A DNA stretch of 47,878 nucleotides, from positions 1 through 47,878 of the forward strand of contig JBAWYD010000003.1 of NCBI GenBank assembly GCA_037143735.1, in the 5' to 3' direction. This DNA is from Deltaproteobacteria bacterium (lineage in GTDB: Bacteria > Desulfobacterota > Syntrophia > Syntrophales > UBA2185). A model generated the notes under the pieces. The model had not been told where the DNA came from. It saw only the letters and a program-made list of their open reading frames with translations, and did not search any database. Positions within the stretch are counted from its first letter, which is position 1, and each line of letters starts with the position of its first letter. Shown piece by piece: positions 1 to 9,667 of this stretch. The translations under genes and the position numbers were made by a program.

Positions 1-800
1 AGTACACTCGCTGATTGCAGCCGCTTGTATTCTATTTCGCTCAGAGGGGCTGGCAGTTTCAGAGCGATTTTCTCGTAATGGCGCGACCCGGGTCGAGACT
101 TGGATTCATAGGTGCAGAGGCGGTCCCGGACGTCATCAAAAGCGCCGAAATCCATTTCGGCAGGCGGTAGCATTTCAACGGCGCCGTTCCCCCACAGGGT
201 TACATGAAATTCTCTCCCGTCGATGAAATCTTCGACCAGAGCAGGCTGACGGAACGTATCAAGAATACAGGCAACGCGATTACGCAAATCCTGCGGCGAC
301 ATGACGACGGCCTCCGTCGTAACACCAAAGCTGCAATGCTCTTTTGCGGGTTTTACGATGGCGGGGAAGCAATCCCAATCATCCGTCTCCGCAGAATCAT
401 AGACCCGCCAGCGGGGCGTCGGTATCCCCCACAGATTCATCAACTGTTTGACTTTCACCTTATCCCAGCAGAATGTCAACACATCGGGCGTCGAACCCGT
501 ATAGGTGAACTTCAAGGCTTCCAGCGTCCGGGGGGGCAGCGCCTCGCTGTGTGGGATGCCGGGAACCTCTTCGCACCAGTTGAACACGATATGCCGGTCA
601 GGATCATACCCTTTAAGGTACGAGGCGAGATCGTCGCTGCGGACCGTTATAGCCACGAGGGGCTGCCCCGTATTCCGGACGGCGGATTCAAAGGCGGCGA
701 CTTCCCGAATGGCCTGCTCGGCTTCATCGGGCTCCCATGCCGGATCGATATTGTGAAGCAACAAGAGCGTGAAACCGGAAATGCTTCTTTCGATAGACAT
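1..800 (-). CDS. D-alanine--D-alanine ligase-like ATP-grasp protein (3' end runs off the window)
   Basis: Not in the ORF track because it has no stop inside the window. Manual translation from ATG at 800 (GAAAGGA upstream) gives MSIERSISGFTLLLLHNIDPAW...IVFNWCEEVPG...FTYTGS...CWDKVKVK...FPAIVKPAKEHCSFGV...LVEDFIDGREFHV, which are Ddl-type ATP-grasp motifs. Confidence 0.8.
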   Translation of the reverse strand, partial: MSIERSISGFTLLLLHNIDPAWEPDEAEQAIREVAAFESAVRNTGQPLVAITVRSDDLASYLKGYDPDRHIVFNWCEEVPGIPHSEALPPRTLEALKFTYTGSTPDVLTFCWDKVKVKQLMNLWGIPTPRWRVYDSAETDDWDCFPAIVKPAKEHCSFGVTTEAVVMSPQDLRNRVACILDTFRQPALVEDFIDGREFHVTLWGNGAVEMLPPAEMDFGAFDDVRDRLCTYESKSRPGSRHYEKIALKLPAPLSEIEYKRLQSASV

Positions 801-824
801 ACTGAACAATATCCTTTCAGGACA

Positions 825-1505
825 TTATTGAACGGTGAGCATCGGGAAAACCAATTCGTCTGTAAGCCACCGGACCCACGCATGAATTCCCTCACCAGTT
901 TTACAGGATACCTCAAATATTTTTATTTTCGGATTCAGATTGAAGACCCTTTCCTTCAGGACATTCATATCAAAATCGGCCACACTCAGGTAATCGATTT
1001 TATTAACCAGCAGCACATCACAGATACTGAACATCAGAGGGTATTTCAGGGGTTTGTCATCGCCTTCTGGAACGCTCAGGATCATGACATTTTTCATGGC
1101 CCCCGTGTCGAACTCCGCGGGACATACGAGGTTTCCGATATTTTCGATCATGATGAGATCCAGGTTCGACAGATCCATCTCTTTCAAGGCCATATCGATC
1201 ATGGAGGCGTCAAGATGACAGAAACCACCCGTTTTCAACTGCACGGCGGGGACGCCTTCCCTGCTGACAATTTCCGCATCAACCACAGAATCGATATCGC
1301 CCTCTATTACCCCGATTCTGAAAACATCCTTTAATTCGCGGATCGTCTGCACGATAAGGCTTGTCTTGCCGCCTCCCGGCGATGCCATCAGATTCAATAA
1401 GAAAACGTGATGCCTTTGGAGCATAGCCCTGATCTCGTCTGCGAGGTTTTTGTTGTCGGACAGGATGTCTTCCTTGATTTCGATCAGGCGTATATCCGCC
1501 ATCAT
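825..1505 (-). CDS. hypB: Hydrogenase nickel-incorporation GTPase HypB (short form, no His-rich N-terminus)
   Basis: P-loop SPGGGKT, IEGD, CHLD, ENIGNLVCPAEFD, PEGDDKPLKYP and NKID. Start moved to ATG 1505 (GAGGTGG RBS, overlaps the hypA stop). Confidence 0.95.
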   Translation of the reverse strand: MMADIRLIEIKEDILSDNKNLADEIRAMLQRHHVFLLNLMASPGGGKTSLIVQTIRELKDVFRIGVIEGDIDSVVDAEIVSREGVPAVQLKTGGFCHLDASMIDMALKEMDLSNLDLIMIENIGNLVCPAEFDTGAMKNVMILSVPEGDDKPLKYPLMFSICDVLLVNKIDYLSVADFDMNVLKERVFNLNPKIKIFEVSCKTGEGIHAWVRWLTDELVFPMLTVQ

Positions 1506-1852
1506 ACCACCTCTATATGCTTTATATAAAACTCGCGGCCGGAAACGAGGACCGCCTTTGCGCCGTCGCATTGACTGCAAACGATTTTCCCCGAATCCTT
1601 CAAAGACACCTGAAACGTCGTTTTGCAGTCGGTGCATTGAAAGACGACGGGGGATCTTTCCATATTCAGCACCGCCCCCTCCGCAATCGTACCCTTGCTG
1701 AGATAGTCAAAATAATGCTGGATATATTCATCGACCAGGTCCGTAAGTTCACCGATTTTAAGATGGATGGTCACGACTTTCTCGACATGATTTTTTTCCG
1801 CATGTTTTATGACGATGTTAAGAATGCTTTCGGTAACAGCCAGTTCGTGCAT
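1502..1852 (-). CDS. hypA: Hydrogenase maturation nickel metallochaperone HypA
   Basis: N-terminal MHE Ni motif, two CxxC pairs (CTDC, CSQC) and a GREFYI C-terminus. The real start is ATG 1852. Confidence 0.95.
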   Translation of the reverse strand: MHELAVTESILNIVIKHAEKNHVEKVVTIHLKIGELTDLVDEYIQHYFDYLSKGTIAEGAVLNMERSPVVFQCTDCKTTFQVSLKDSGKIVCSQCDGAKAVLVSGREFYIKHIEVV

Positions 1853-1858
1853 GATTTG

Positions 1859-1887
1859 ATTATAGAGACAACCCTTCAAAATGGCAA
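1859..1887 (-). promoter_or_regulatory. sigma70-type promoter for hypA (probably leaderless)
   Basis: TTGCCA-17 bp-TATAAT, then 6 nt, then the hypA ATG. No SD sequence. Confidence 0.7.
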
Positions 1888-1944
1888 TCAAAAAGACCGC
1901 CGGGAAAAAGTGAAAACATCGCATGTCGTTATTCTTCTTTGGTA

Positions 1945-1973
1945 TTGACACAATCGTCCCTTTCCTATAGTAT
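1945..1973 (+). promoter_or_regulatory. sigma70-type promoter for dedA (probably leaderless)
   Basis: TTGACA-17 bp-TAGTAT, then 6 nt, then the dedA ATG. No SD sequence. Confidence 0.65.
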
Positions 1974-1979
1974 TGAAAA

Positions 1980-2627
1980 ATGGAATTCATCATCAGCTTT
2001 ATTGATTTTTTTATCCACCTTGACAGACATCTTGCCGAGATGATTCAAAACTTCGGCGGGTGGACATATTTTATTATCTTTGTGATCATCTTCTGCGAAA
2101 CCGGCCTGGTGGTTACGCCGATCCTTCCGGGAGACTCCCTTCTGTTCGGACTGGGCACCTTTGCCGCCCTTGGCGCCCTTGAAATCGAATGGCTGTTGAT
2201 TTTGCTTTCAATTGCCGCTGTTGCCGGGAACATTGTGAACTATGCCATCGGATATCATGTTGGCCCAAAAATTTTTCAAAAGGAAAATGTCCGTTTTTTG
2301 AATAAAGCATACCTGGACCGGACCCATCAATTTTACGAAAAACACGGAGGCAAAACAATCGTCATCGCAAGATTCCTCCCGATCATCCGTACCTTTGCCC
2401 CCTTTGTAGCCGGTATCGGGAAAATGACCTACTCACGCTTTTTCCTGTACAATGTTTTAGGCAGTATATCCTGGGTTGCCATTTTTGTTCTCGGGGGGTA
2501 TTATTTCGGAAACCTGCCTGTCGTGAAAAACAACTTCACCCTCGTCGTTTTTGCAATTATCATTATTTCCATGTTGCCGGTTGTGATTGAATATTTCAGA
2601 CACCATTTTCGATCTTCACAGGTGTAA
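1980..2627 (+). CDS. dedA: DedA family membrane protein
   Basis: FCETGLVVTPILPGDSLLF, FYEKHGGKTIVIARFLPIIRTFAPFVAG motifs. Confidence 0.93.
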   Translation: MEFIISFIDFFIHLDRHLAEMIQNFGGWTYFIIFVIIFCETGLVVTPILPGDSLLFGLGTFAALGALEIEWLLILLSIAAVAGNIVNYAIGYHVGPKIFQKENVRFLNKAYLDRTHQFYEKHGGKTIVIARFLPIIRTFAPFVAGIGKMTYSRFFLYNVLGSISWVAIFVLGGYYFGNLPVVKNNFTLVVFAIIIISMLPVVIEYFRHHFRSSQV

Positions 2628-2633
2628 CGATCA

Positions 2634-3491
2634 ATGATGGACAGAGGAATCGTAAAAAAACTGATCTTTTTCCTGATTGCAGGATTGTTCCTCGGTTTTG
2701 CCTCAACCGTCCGGGCGGAAAGCGCAAATGTCGTAAAAATAGGCAGCGACATAACGATCGAGGAAGGCTCAAAGGTCCGTAACGTCCTGACCGTCGGGGG
2801 ACAGATTACCGTAGACGGCTTTGTTGAAAACCATGTGGTCGCCGTCGGCGGCTCCGTCGTTCTGACACAATCGGCTGTTATCGGCGGAAATGTGATATCC
2901 CTCGGAGGGGTTATTGTCCAGGGGAGGGGTGCAGAAGTTCATGGCAATCTGACAGAGATCAATTCGGAAGATATCTCCGCAGCCATAACAAAAGCCTTAA
3001 GCGATGAATGGGAGGGATGGTCGTGGATTTTTGCCATTGTCTCCGTATCCATTTTTATCGGCGTGCTCCTGCTGACCCTGCTCATCGTTTACTTCATTCC
3101 CAAACCCATCCGTGTTATCTCAACAGCCATCCGGGAGATGCCGTTGAAAGTGACGCTGTGGGGAATTGTGGGATTGATACTGGTCGTCCCCCTGGCTGTG
3201 TTACTGGCTGTTTCAGTCATAGGCATTGTGCTCATCCCCCTGGAAATGACGGTTGTTCTTTTCGCCGTTCTGTTTGGATTCGTTGCCGTATCGCAGCTCG
3301 TCGGAGAAAAACTGTTTACCGTGTTAAAGAGACACGATCACAGCATGGTGAGGGAAACGATCTGGGGGCTGGTTATCCTGTGGCTTATCGGATGGATCCC
3401 GTATGTAGGCTGGATGCTGAAGGTTTTCGCCATTGTCCTTGGTTTGGGGAGCGTCCTCGTAACCCGCTTCGGTACGAGCTACAATCGATAA
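2634..3491 (+). CDS. Membrane protein with signal peptide, bactofilin/beta-helix-like GGxV repeats and several C-terminal TM helices
   Basis: Signal-peptide-like N-terminus, repeated V-x-GG-x-V/I units, hydrophobic C-terminal half ending IPYVGW. Confidence 0.65.
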   Translation: MMDRGIVKKLIFFLIAGLFLGFASTVRAESANVVKIGSDITIEEGSKVRNVLTVGGQITVDGFVENHVVAVGGSVVLTQSAVIGGNVISLGGVIVQGRGAEVHGNLTEINSEDISAAITKALSDEWEGWSWIFAIVSVSIFIGVLLLTLLIVYFIPKPIRVISTAIREMPLKVTLWGIVGLILVVPLAVLLAVSVIGIVLIPLEMTVVLFAVLFGFVAVSQLVGEKLFTVLKRHDHSMVRETIWGLVILWLIGWIPYVGWMLKVFAIVLGLGSVLVTRFGTSYNR

Positions 3492-3513
3492 GACTTTTTT
3501 AGGAATTTCTGCC

Positions 3514-3542
3514 TTGACATTAAAACGTCATTTCTTTAAACT
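3514..3542 (+). promoter_or_regulatory. sigma70-type promoter for the ABC transporter operon
   Basis: TTGACA-17 bp-TAAACT upstream of the AGGAGG RBS at 3581. Confidence 0.6.
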
Positions 3543-3594
3543 TATCAAGGACAATGCTTTTAGAGTTTCTCTAAACAAAAAGGAGGTTAGAGTG

Positions 3595-4791
3595 ATGAAA
3601 AGGTATGCACGGATATTTTTTTGTGTCTTATTTACCATGGGTCTTTTACTCACCGGAGCGTCCCCGGCGGCTGCCGTGAAGGTGGGAATTGTTCTTCCGC
3701 TGACCGGCGCCGAGGCAAAATTCGGCGAAATCGAGAAGAGATCCTTTGAGATGGCAATTACGGAAATCAATAAAAGAGGTGGAGTTAAAGGGGAAAAAAT
3801 TGAACTGATTATCGAAGATGATACGGGACGACCTGATGTTGGGCGGTCCGTGGTGGAAAAGTTGATCACCAAGGATAAGGTCGTCATGATCGGCGGCGGA
3901 TATTCCAGCTCGGTAACCTATGCAGTGGCGGGAGTTGCTCAGCAAAACCGCATTCCATTCCTTGTCAATACGGGTTCGGCGGATAACATTACGACTTCAG
4001 GCTGGGACTATATTTTCCGTTTGAATCCCCCTGTCAGTGAATATGCTGGTGCGATTGAGTCCCTTCTGACCGATATTGTAAAACCGCAAACCGTGGTCAT
4101 TCTCCACGAGAACTCACTGTTCGGGACATCGGGGGCAAAAGCCTTCGAGGCTACCTGCCAGAAATTGGGATACAAGGTTCTGTTAAAGCAGGGCTATGAG
4201 GCGGGCGGCATCGATTTCAAACCGGTTCTGGTCCGTGTGAAGCAGCTCAATCCGGACGTCGTTTATATGGTATCCTACATCATGGACGCCTCTCTGCTCA
4301 TGAAGCAGGCGAAAGAGCTTAAAATAACGCCGAGGATTTTTATCGGTGGGGCGGCAGGTTTCACCATGCCGGAGTTCCGGAAAAATGCGCAAGTCGCTTC
4401 CGAAAAAGTCATCTCCGCCACTTTATGGTATCAGAATCTTAAATATCCGGGTGCCATGGACTACTTTAAAAAATACGTAAAAACATATAAGAGCGAAACA
4501 GAATATCACGGTGCTGAGGCCTATGCGGCCGGGCAAATTATAGCCGACGCCCTGATCAGGGCAAAATCATTTAAACCTGCCGATATTAAACAGGCATTGT
4601 CGGAAACCTATGCGATGACCGTCTTCGGTCCGGTTAAATTCATATCGTACGGGAAGTTCAAAAACCAGAATAAACTGCCTACCTATGTCGTCCAGTGGAT
4701 CAACGGAAAGCTCGAACTGGTCTGGCCTGCAAACATTGCCACCAAAAAATTTGTATATCCCGTTGATTGGCTGAAGACCTGGAAATATTAG
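3595..4791 (+). CDS. Liv-type (branched-chain amino acid family) ABC transporter substrate-binding protein
   Basis: Signal peptide, then VKVGIVLPLTG, EINKRGGVKG, GGYSS. The AGGAGG RBS supports a start at 3592/3595. Confidence 0.9.
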   Translation: MKRYARIFFCVLFTMGLLLTGASPAAAVKVGIVLPLTGAEAKFGEIEKRSFEMAITEINKRGGVKGEKIELIIEDDTGRPDVGRSVVEKLITKDKVVMIGGGYSSSVTYAVAGVAQQNRIPFLVNTGSADNITTSGWDYIFRLNPPVSEYAGAIESLLTDIVKPQTVVILHENSLFGTSGAKAFEATCQKLGYKVLLKQGYEAGGIDFKPVLVRVKQLNPDVVYMVSYIMDASLLMKQAKELKITPRIFIGGAAGFTMPEFRKNAQVASEKVISATLWYQNLKYPGAMDYFKKYVKTYKSETEYHGAEAYAAGQIIADALIRAKSFKPADIKQALSETYAMTVFGPVKFISYGKFKNQNKLPTYVVQWINGKLELVWPANIATKKFVYPVDWLKTWKY

Positions 4792-4804
4792 CCTTAAAGT
4801 CTCA

Positions 4805-4849
4805 TAAGTGAACCGCCGCCGTCAGTCTCTGCCGACGGCGGTTCACTTA
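4805..4849 (+). promoter_or_regulatory. Intercistronic stem-loop after the binding-protein gene (probable mRNA-stabilising or attenuating hairpin)
   Basis: TAAGTGAACCGCCG(CCG)TC...GACGGCGGTTCACTTA inverted repeat, with no U-tract. Confidence 0.6.
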
Positions 4850-4910
4850 CGCAGGACAAAAGTATCATTTTTTGAAACTACTACAAGGATTGTCTTGAAA
4901 GGAACGTCAG

Positions 4911-5786
4911 ATGGACGTCTTGGTCCAGACCATTGTCGCAGGAATTCTAATCGGTGGAATTTACAGTTTAATCGGAATCGGGATGACCCTCATCATGGGC
5001 GTCATGGGTATCATCAATCTGGCTCACGGACAGTTGATGATGGTGGCTATGTACATCACCTTTGTGCTGTCCAGCGTGTGGGGGATAGATCCATACGTAT
5101 CCCTTTTGGTCAGCATGCCGGCATTGTTTCTCCTCGGGGTCATCCTGCAGAAATTCTTTTTGAATCCGTTAATCAAAATTGAATCCATCCTTCCCGAAAA
5201 TCAGGTTCTGATGACCGTGGGCATTGGCATGGTTCTGACGGAAATAGCCCGTTTCATCTTTACATCCGATTACAAGACTGTGGAAACATCTTACAGCTCC
5301 AAGGCCTTATTCATCGGTGACATTTCCTTCAACCAGCCCATGTGCTTCGCTTTCCTTTTTGCCGTCGTCTTTACGGTGATCCTCTTCTGGTTCCTCCTGA
5401 AAACGGATACGGGCCGCTCAATCCGCGCCACAGCACAGGACAAGGACGCGGCAACCCTGATGGGCGTCAACAGCGGCAGGATCACCATCATCACGTTCGG
5501 TCTTGGTTCGGCGCTGGTGGCGTCAGCGGGAAGTCTGCTGATACCGATCTTCTATCTGTTCCCCGACATCGGCGGGCCTTTTACCCTGAAAGCTTTTGTC
5601 ATCACGATCCTCGGAGGTCTGGGAAGCACGGTGGGCGCCATATTCGGCGGACTGGTTCTGGGTATCGCGGAATCGTTGGGCGCTACGTATATCGGCATGG
5701 GCTACAAGGAAATGGTCGGTTTTGTCATATTCGTGCTTGTCCTTGTGTTTTTACCAGGCGGCCTGAAGCGCCTGACTAAAGTGTAG
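4911..5786 (+). CDS. livH: Liv-type ABC transporter permease (LivH-like)
   Basis: [43 protein letters not shown]. Confidence 0.88.
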   Translation: MDVLVQTIVAGILIGGIYSLIGIGMTLIMGVMGIINLAHGQLMMVAMYITFVLSSVWGIDPYVSLLVSMPALFLLGVILQKFFLNPLIKIESILPENQVLMTVGIGMVLTEIARFIFTSDYKTVETSYSSKALFIGDISFNQPMCFAFLFAVVFTVILFWFLLKTDTGRSIRATAQDKDAATLMGVNSGRITIITFGLGSALVASAGSLLIPIFYLFPDIGGPFTLKAFVITILGGLGSTVGAIFGGLVLGIAESLGATYIGMGYKEMVGFVIFVLVLVFLPGGLKRLTKV

Positions 5787-5794
5787 AGGAAATT

Positions 5795-6757
5795 ATGGGG
5801 CAAAAACATCTGACATTAATTTTTATTGGAATCCTGGCTGTCGCATTTCCATTTCTCGTCCCTTCCGACTACTACCTGCACCTGGTCATTATTGCGCTTA
5901 TGTGGGTTGTTATCGGATCCGCATGGAATCTTCTGGCAGGATACACAGGCCAAGTATCCTTCGGTCATGCCATGTTCTTCGGAGTAGGGGCTTACACCGC
6001 CGGAATCATCGTGACAAAGCTGGAAATGTCCGCTTGGTGGGGCATGATGTTCGGGGGTGTCACCGCCATGCTCATCGGCCTTTTCGTAGGGTGGGTCTGC
6101 TTCAGATTGAGAGGTCCCTATTTCGCCCTCGCTACCCTTGCCGGAAGCGAAATCTTCAGGCTCGTTGCCACCAACTGGGAAAGTCTGACGGAAGGGATGG
6201 TGGGTATTCTGATCATCCAGACGTTTACAAGCAAACTTCCCTATTATTACATTGCCCTGACCCTGGCTTTCCTCTGTATTTTTGTCATACACGTGGTGAT
6301 GAAATCGAAATGGGGCTATTATTTTGTTTCCATCCGGGAGGATCAGGATGCCGCGGAATCTATGGGAATCAATACAACCCTTTATAAAAACGTGTCTCTC
6401 CTGATAAGCGCCTTTTTTACGGGCATGGCAGGGGCTTTCTACATGAACTACATGGCATTCATCGATCCTCACGTCGTATTTTCTCTGCACTACATATCCA
6501 TTATGGCGATTCTGGTCGGTATCGTAGGCGGTGTGGCAACCATCATGGGACCCGCTGTCGGAGCATTCATCATGATCGGCCTTCAGGAAACGTTCAGGAG
6601 CGCCTTCTTCGGCCTCGCGCCGGCGTGGACGAGCGAAGCGCACATACTGGTATTCGGACTCCTGGTGATATTTGTAATCCTGTTTCTGCCCAACGGCATT
6701 GTGGGTGACTGGTCGAAAATCAAGCGAAAGCTGTTTAGAATCAAGGCGTCGAGCTGA
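5795..6757 (+). CDS. livM: Liv-type ABC transporter permease (LivM-like)
   Basis: WNLLAGYTGQVSFGHAMFFGVGAY, RLRGPYFALATL, IREDQDAAESMGIN. Confidence 0.88.
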   Translation: MGQKHLTLIFIGILAVAFPFLVPSDYYLHLVIIALMWVVIGSAWNLLAGYTGQVSFGHAMFFGVGAYTAGIIVTKLEMSAWWGMMFGGVTAMLIGLFVGWVCFRLRGPYFALATLAGSEIFRLVATNWESLTEGMVGILIIQTFTSKLPYYYIALTLAFLCIFVIHVVMKSKWGYYFVSIREDQDAAESMGINTTLYKNVSLLISAFFTGMAGAFYMNYMAFIDPHVVFSLHYISIMAILVGIVGGVATIMGPAVGAFIMIGLQETFRSAFFGLAPAWTSEAHILVFGLLVIFVILFLPNGIVGDWSKIKRKLFRIKASS

Positions 6758-6782
6758 AAGATATACATAGGGAGAAAATCAT

Positions 6783-7511
6783 ATGGCACTCCTTGAAGTA
6801 AAAAATCTCACAAAAGCCTTCGGGGGACTCAAAGCAGTCAATGATGTTACGTTTCATGTCAATGAAGGGGAGATCCTGGGTCTTATCGGTCCAAACGGTT
6901 CGGGGAAAACGACCACTTTTAACTGCATCAACAATTACTACACCATCACATCCGGCGATGTCCTTTTCAAAGGGGCAAGTATTAAAGGATTAAAAACCCA
7001 TAAAGTATGCCACCTGGGCATCGGACGGACGTTTCAGGTTGTCAAGCCCCTGGCGAGAATGACGGTTCTTGACAATGTCACGGCGTCCGCCTTCTGCAGA
7101 GCCGGTACCATAAAAGCGGCCAAAGAAGAGGCTTACAGAATCCTGGAATTCAGCGGACTCGTGGAGCACAAAGACAAGCTGGCAAAAAGCCTCCCCATCG
7201 GGGGACGGAAAAGGCTCGAGATTGCCCGAGCCCTGGCAACCAAACCGGAGCTCCTCCTTCTTGATGAAACCGCTGCCGGATTAACGCCTTCAGAGCTGGA
7301 TGAAGCCATAGAACTGATTCAAAAGATCAGGGAAAACGGCACAACCATCCTCATTGTTGAGCATATCATGAAAGTGATTATGACCATATCGGACCGCATC
7401 CATGCAATCAATTTCGGCCAGACGATCGGGGAAGGCACGCCACACGAGGTAGCCAATAACCCGGCAGTGATCAAGGCCTATCTGGGGGAAGCATATGCTC
7501 AATGTAAATGA
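6783..7511 (+). CDS. livG: Liv-type ABC transporter ATPase (LivG-like)
   Basis: Walker A GPNGSGKT, GIGRTFQ, LLLLDE, VIKAYLG. Confidence 0.9.
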   Translation: MALLEVKNLTKAFGGLKAVNDVTFHVNEGEILGLIGPNGSGKTTTFNCINNYYTITSGDVLFKGASIKGLKTHKVCHLGIGRTFQVVKPLARMTVLDNVTASAFCRAGTIKAAKEEAYRILEFSGLVEHKDKLAKSLPIGGRKRLEIARALATKPELLLLDETAAGLTPSELDEAIELIQKIRENGTTILIVEHIMKVIMTISDRIHAINFGQTIGEGTPHEVANNPAVIKAYLGEAYAQCK

Positions 7512-8199
7512 AATAAACGTTTTCTATGGTGACCTTCAGGTTCTCTGGGATGTTTCTTTCGAGGTCAAGGAAAGGGAAATTGTTGTCCTGGTAGGCGCAA
7601 ACGGGGCGGGGAAATCCACCATCTTGAGAACCATATCCTCCCTGCTCACCCCCCAAAAAGGATCGATTGAATTCGACGGAAGGCGCATTGATCACCTGTC
7701 GGCACATAAAATCATTGAACACGGCATCGTTCACGTTCCCGAAGCAAGACGTCTGTTTCCCGAAATGACCGTAGAGGAAAATTTGATCATGGGCTCACTC
7801 TTTGGTGAGGCAAAGCGGAAACGTTTCGAAACAATGGAATACGTCTATTCTTTGTTTCCAAGGCTCAAGGAAAGAAAAAAACAAACGGGGGGGACCCTCT
7901 CCGGCGGGGAACAGCAGATGCTGGCCGTGGGAAGGGGACTGATGTCCTTACCCAGGTTGATGATGCTCGACGAACCCTCCCTCGGTCTGGCGCCGCTCCT
8001 TGTCCAGGATGTATTCAATATAGTAAAGCACATCAATGAAGCAGGGGTTACGATCCTTTTAGTGGAACAGAATGTAAGACAGACTCTGGGGATGTGCAAT
8101 CGCGCCTATGTCCTGGAAAACGGCCGTATCGTGCTCCAGGGGACAGGATGCGAGCTTCTGGAAAATGAGAAGGTGAAGGAGGCTTTCCTGGGAATCTGA
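7495..8199 (+). CDS. livF: Liv-type ABC transporter ATPase (LivF-like)
   Basis: GANGAGKS, LSGGEQQM, DEPSLGLAP, LVEQN. Confidence 0.92.
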   Translation: MLNVNEINVFYGDLQVLWDVSFEVKEREIVVLVGANGAGKSTILRTISSLLTPQKGSIEFDGRRIDHLSAHKIIEHGIVHVPEARRLFPEMTVEENLIMGSLFGEAKRKRFETMEYVYSLFPRLKERKKQTGGTLSGGEQQMLAVGRGLMSLPRLMMLDEPSLGLAPLLVQDVFNIVKHINEAGVTILLVEQNVRQTLGMCNRAYVLENGRIVLQGTGCELLENEKVKEAFLGI

Positions 8200-8200
8200 T

Positions 8201-8737
8201 TCAATGAAACAGGAAAATTGCATCCAAAAAGAAGAATGCCCCGCCGGAAATGAATGCCAGCCCGGCGTAAAAAAGTGGTTTTTTCTTCGTTAAGGCGGAA
8301 ATGGAAGACAACATGATGGATATCTGCAGAAAAATGAGGGCATATCCGAAATTTCCTGCCCGGATCTGAGCATCTTCCTTCGATTTTGCCAGATCATCGG
8401 CCTTTGCCTTGATCTCCTCCTTTTCCTTGTCATAGCGCTTGATCTGCTTATCATAATCGCCCATTATTTTAAGATACCTGTCCGCAAGAGGGCCAGATTG
8501 ACCGGTTTTCAGGGACATCATTTCCAGTTCCAACTTTTGCTTCTGTATTTCATATATGTAGGATTTGATGCTCTTTGCCTGATAGTAGGCCCACTGGCTC
8601 GTTTCCTGTCCCTGGTTTAAAATCGCCCGGGATGAGTATTTCCCCATGTAAAGGGTCGTCACTGCTGCGAAAACAGCAATGATCGCCGTGGCAAGGGCCA
8701 CCCAGGACATCCATTTATCCGGTTTAGATTCAGACAT
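8201..8737 (-). CDS. DUF4337-like membrane protein
   Basis: N-terminal TM helix, QWAYYQAKSIK motif, coiled coil, two C-terminal TM helices. GGAGG RBS. Confidence 0.7.
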   Translation of the reverse strand: MSESKPDKWMSWVALATAIIAVFAAVTTLYMGKYSSRAILNQGQETSQWAYYQAKSIKSYIYEIQKQKLELEMMSLKTGQSGPLADRYLKIMGDYDKQIKRYDKEKEEIKAKADDLAKSKEDAQIRAGNFGYALIFLQISIMLSSISALTKKKPLFYAGLAFISGGAFFFLDAIFLFH

Positions 8738-8789
8738 ACGTCAGACCTCCTGAAATCATGAAATTCGATTTTTTGATTATTTTTATATT

Positions 8790-8821
8790 AAAAAAGGGTT
8801 AGCCGGTTTCAGCCAACCCTT
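8790..8821 (-). terminator. Probable intrinsic terminator after tRNA-Ala
   Basis: Imperfect AAGGGTT...AACCCTT stem followed by a T-run on the minus strand. Confidence 0.55.
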
Positions 8822-8833
8822 AAATATGATATT

Positions 8834-8909
<76 letters not shown>

Positions 8910-8960
8910 GTACCCAAACATATCAATGAGCGTGCAGATTTAACATACCGTTTCAGGGCT

Positions 8961-9003
8961 TGTCAATACATTTTTCTTGACATTTCACCGCCCCTTATAT
9001 AAT
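8961..9003. promoter_or_regulatory. Back-to-back promoters for the two tRNAs
   Basis: TTGACA on the minus strand (8961-8966) and TTGACA on the plus strand (8977-8982), with TATAAT at 8998-9003 (15-bp spacer, shorter than canonical). Confidence 0.5.
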
Positions 9004-9014
9004 CAGAAAGCCTC

Positions 9015-9101
9015 GCCGGAGTGGTGAAACTGGTAGACGCAGGGGACTCAAAATCCCCCGCCCGCAAGGGCATCCCGGTTCGAACCCGGGCTCCGGCACC
9101 A
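9015..9101 (+). tRNA. tRNA-Leu (CAA)
   Basis: GCCGGAGTGGTGAAACTGGTAGACGCAGGGGACTCAAAATCCCC, long variable arm, GGTTCGAACCC, CCA end. Confidence 0.97.
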
Positions 9102-9106
9102 GAAAA

Positions 9107-9144
9107 TAAAAAGGGGCAGACCGATTAAGGTCAGCCCCTTTTTT
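9107..9144. terminator. Bidirectional intrinsic terminator between tRNA-Leu and the thioesterase gene
   Basis: AAAAAGGGGCAGACC-gattaa-GGTCAGCCCCTTTTTT. Confidence 0.75.
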
Positions 9145-9571
9145 ACGATTTAACTTTTGCCTTTTTACTGTCTATGGCGGCATTGAATTTTTCCGCGTTG
9201 ATGACGAATCTGTCATGGGTCGCCTCGGATATCTTTTCAACATCGTCGTAAGCTTCCAGGGAGAAGGTCAGCTTGCGTCCTTCCATTTTCTCAAGTTTCC
9301 CCTTGACGGTGATGGTCATACCCTCCGGCGTCGCCGCCGTATGGGTCATATTCATACCGATTCCCACCGTCTGCTCTTTAGGCCAGTCCAGATGGGGATT
9401 GAGGGCCTTGATACAGGAAAACTCAAACAGTCCCACGAGAAATCCCGTAGCGAAAACCTTCGGCATGACCTGTCCTTCAGGGATATCCGGAAAAAGATAG
9501 GGAACGGTCTTGCTCTCTGGAACTTTATACTTTAAATCAACGATTAGTCCGGGTTTCAGGGTATCTTTCAT
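9143..9571 (-). CDS. Hotdog-fold thioesterase (fluoroacetyl-CoA thioesterase FlK-like)
   Basis: VFATGFLVGLFE, TVG...HTAATPEG, HDRFVI. The AGGAGG RBS supports ATG 9571. Confidence 0.85.
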   Translation of the reverse strand: MKDTLKPGLIVDLKYKVPESKTVPYLFPDIPEGQVMPKVFATGFLVGLFEFSCIKALNPHLDWPKEQTVGIGMNMTHTAATPEGMTITVKGKLEKMEGRKLTFSLEAYDDVEKISEATHDRFVINAEKFNAAIDSKKAKVKS

Positions 9572-9667
9572 CAAACGCCTCCTTTTAATGGTTTTTGAAT
9601 CCGCCATAATAAAACTAAATTTACCGGATAAGTCAAACGTAAAAATAGTTTGTTTCGATATAGAGAA

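Noticed and set aside
530-536. G7 homopolymer suspected of frameshifting or phase-varying the ATP-grasp gene
   Set aside because: Manual translation stays in frame (SEALPPRTLEALKFTYTGS).
204-1334. 376-aa plus-strand ORF
   Set aside because: Antisense shadow of hypB and the ATP-grasp gene; no recognisable motifs.
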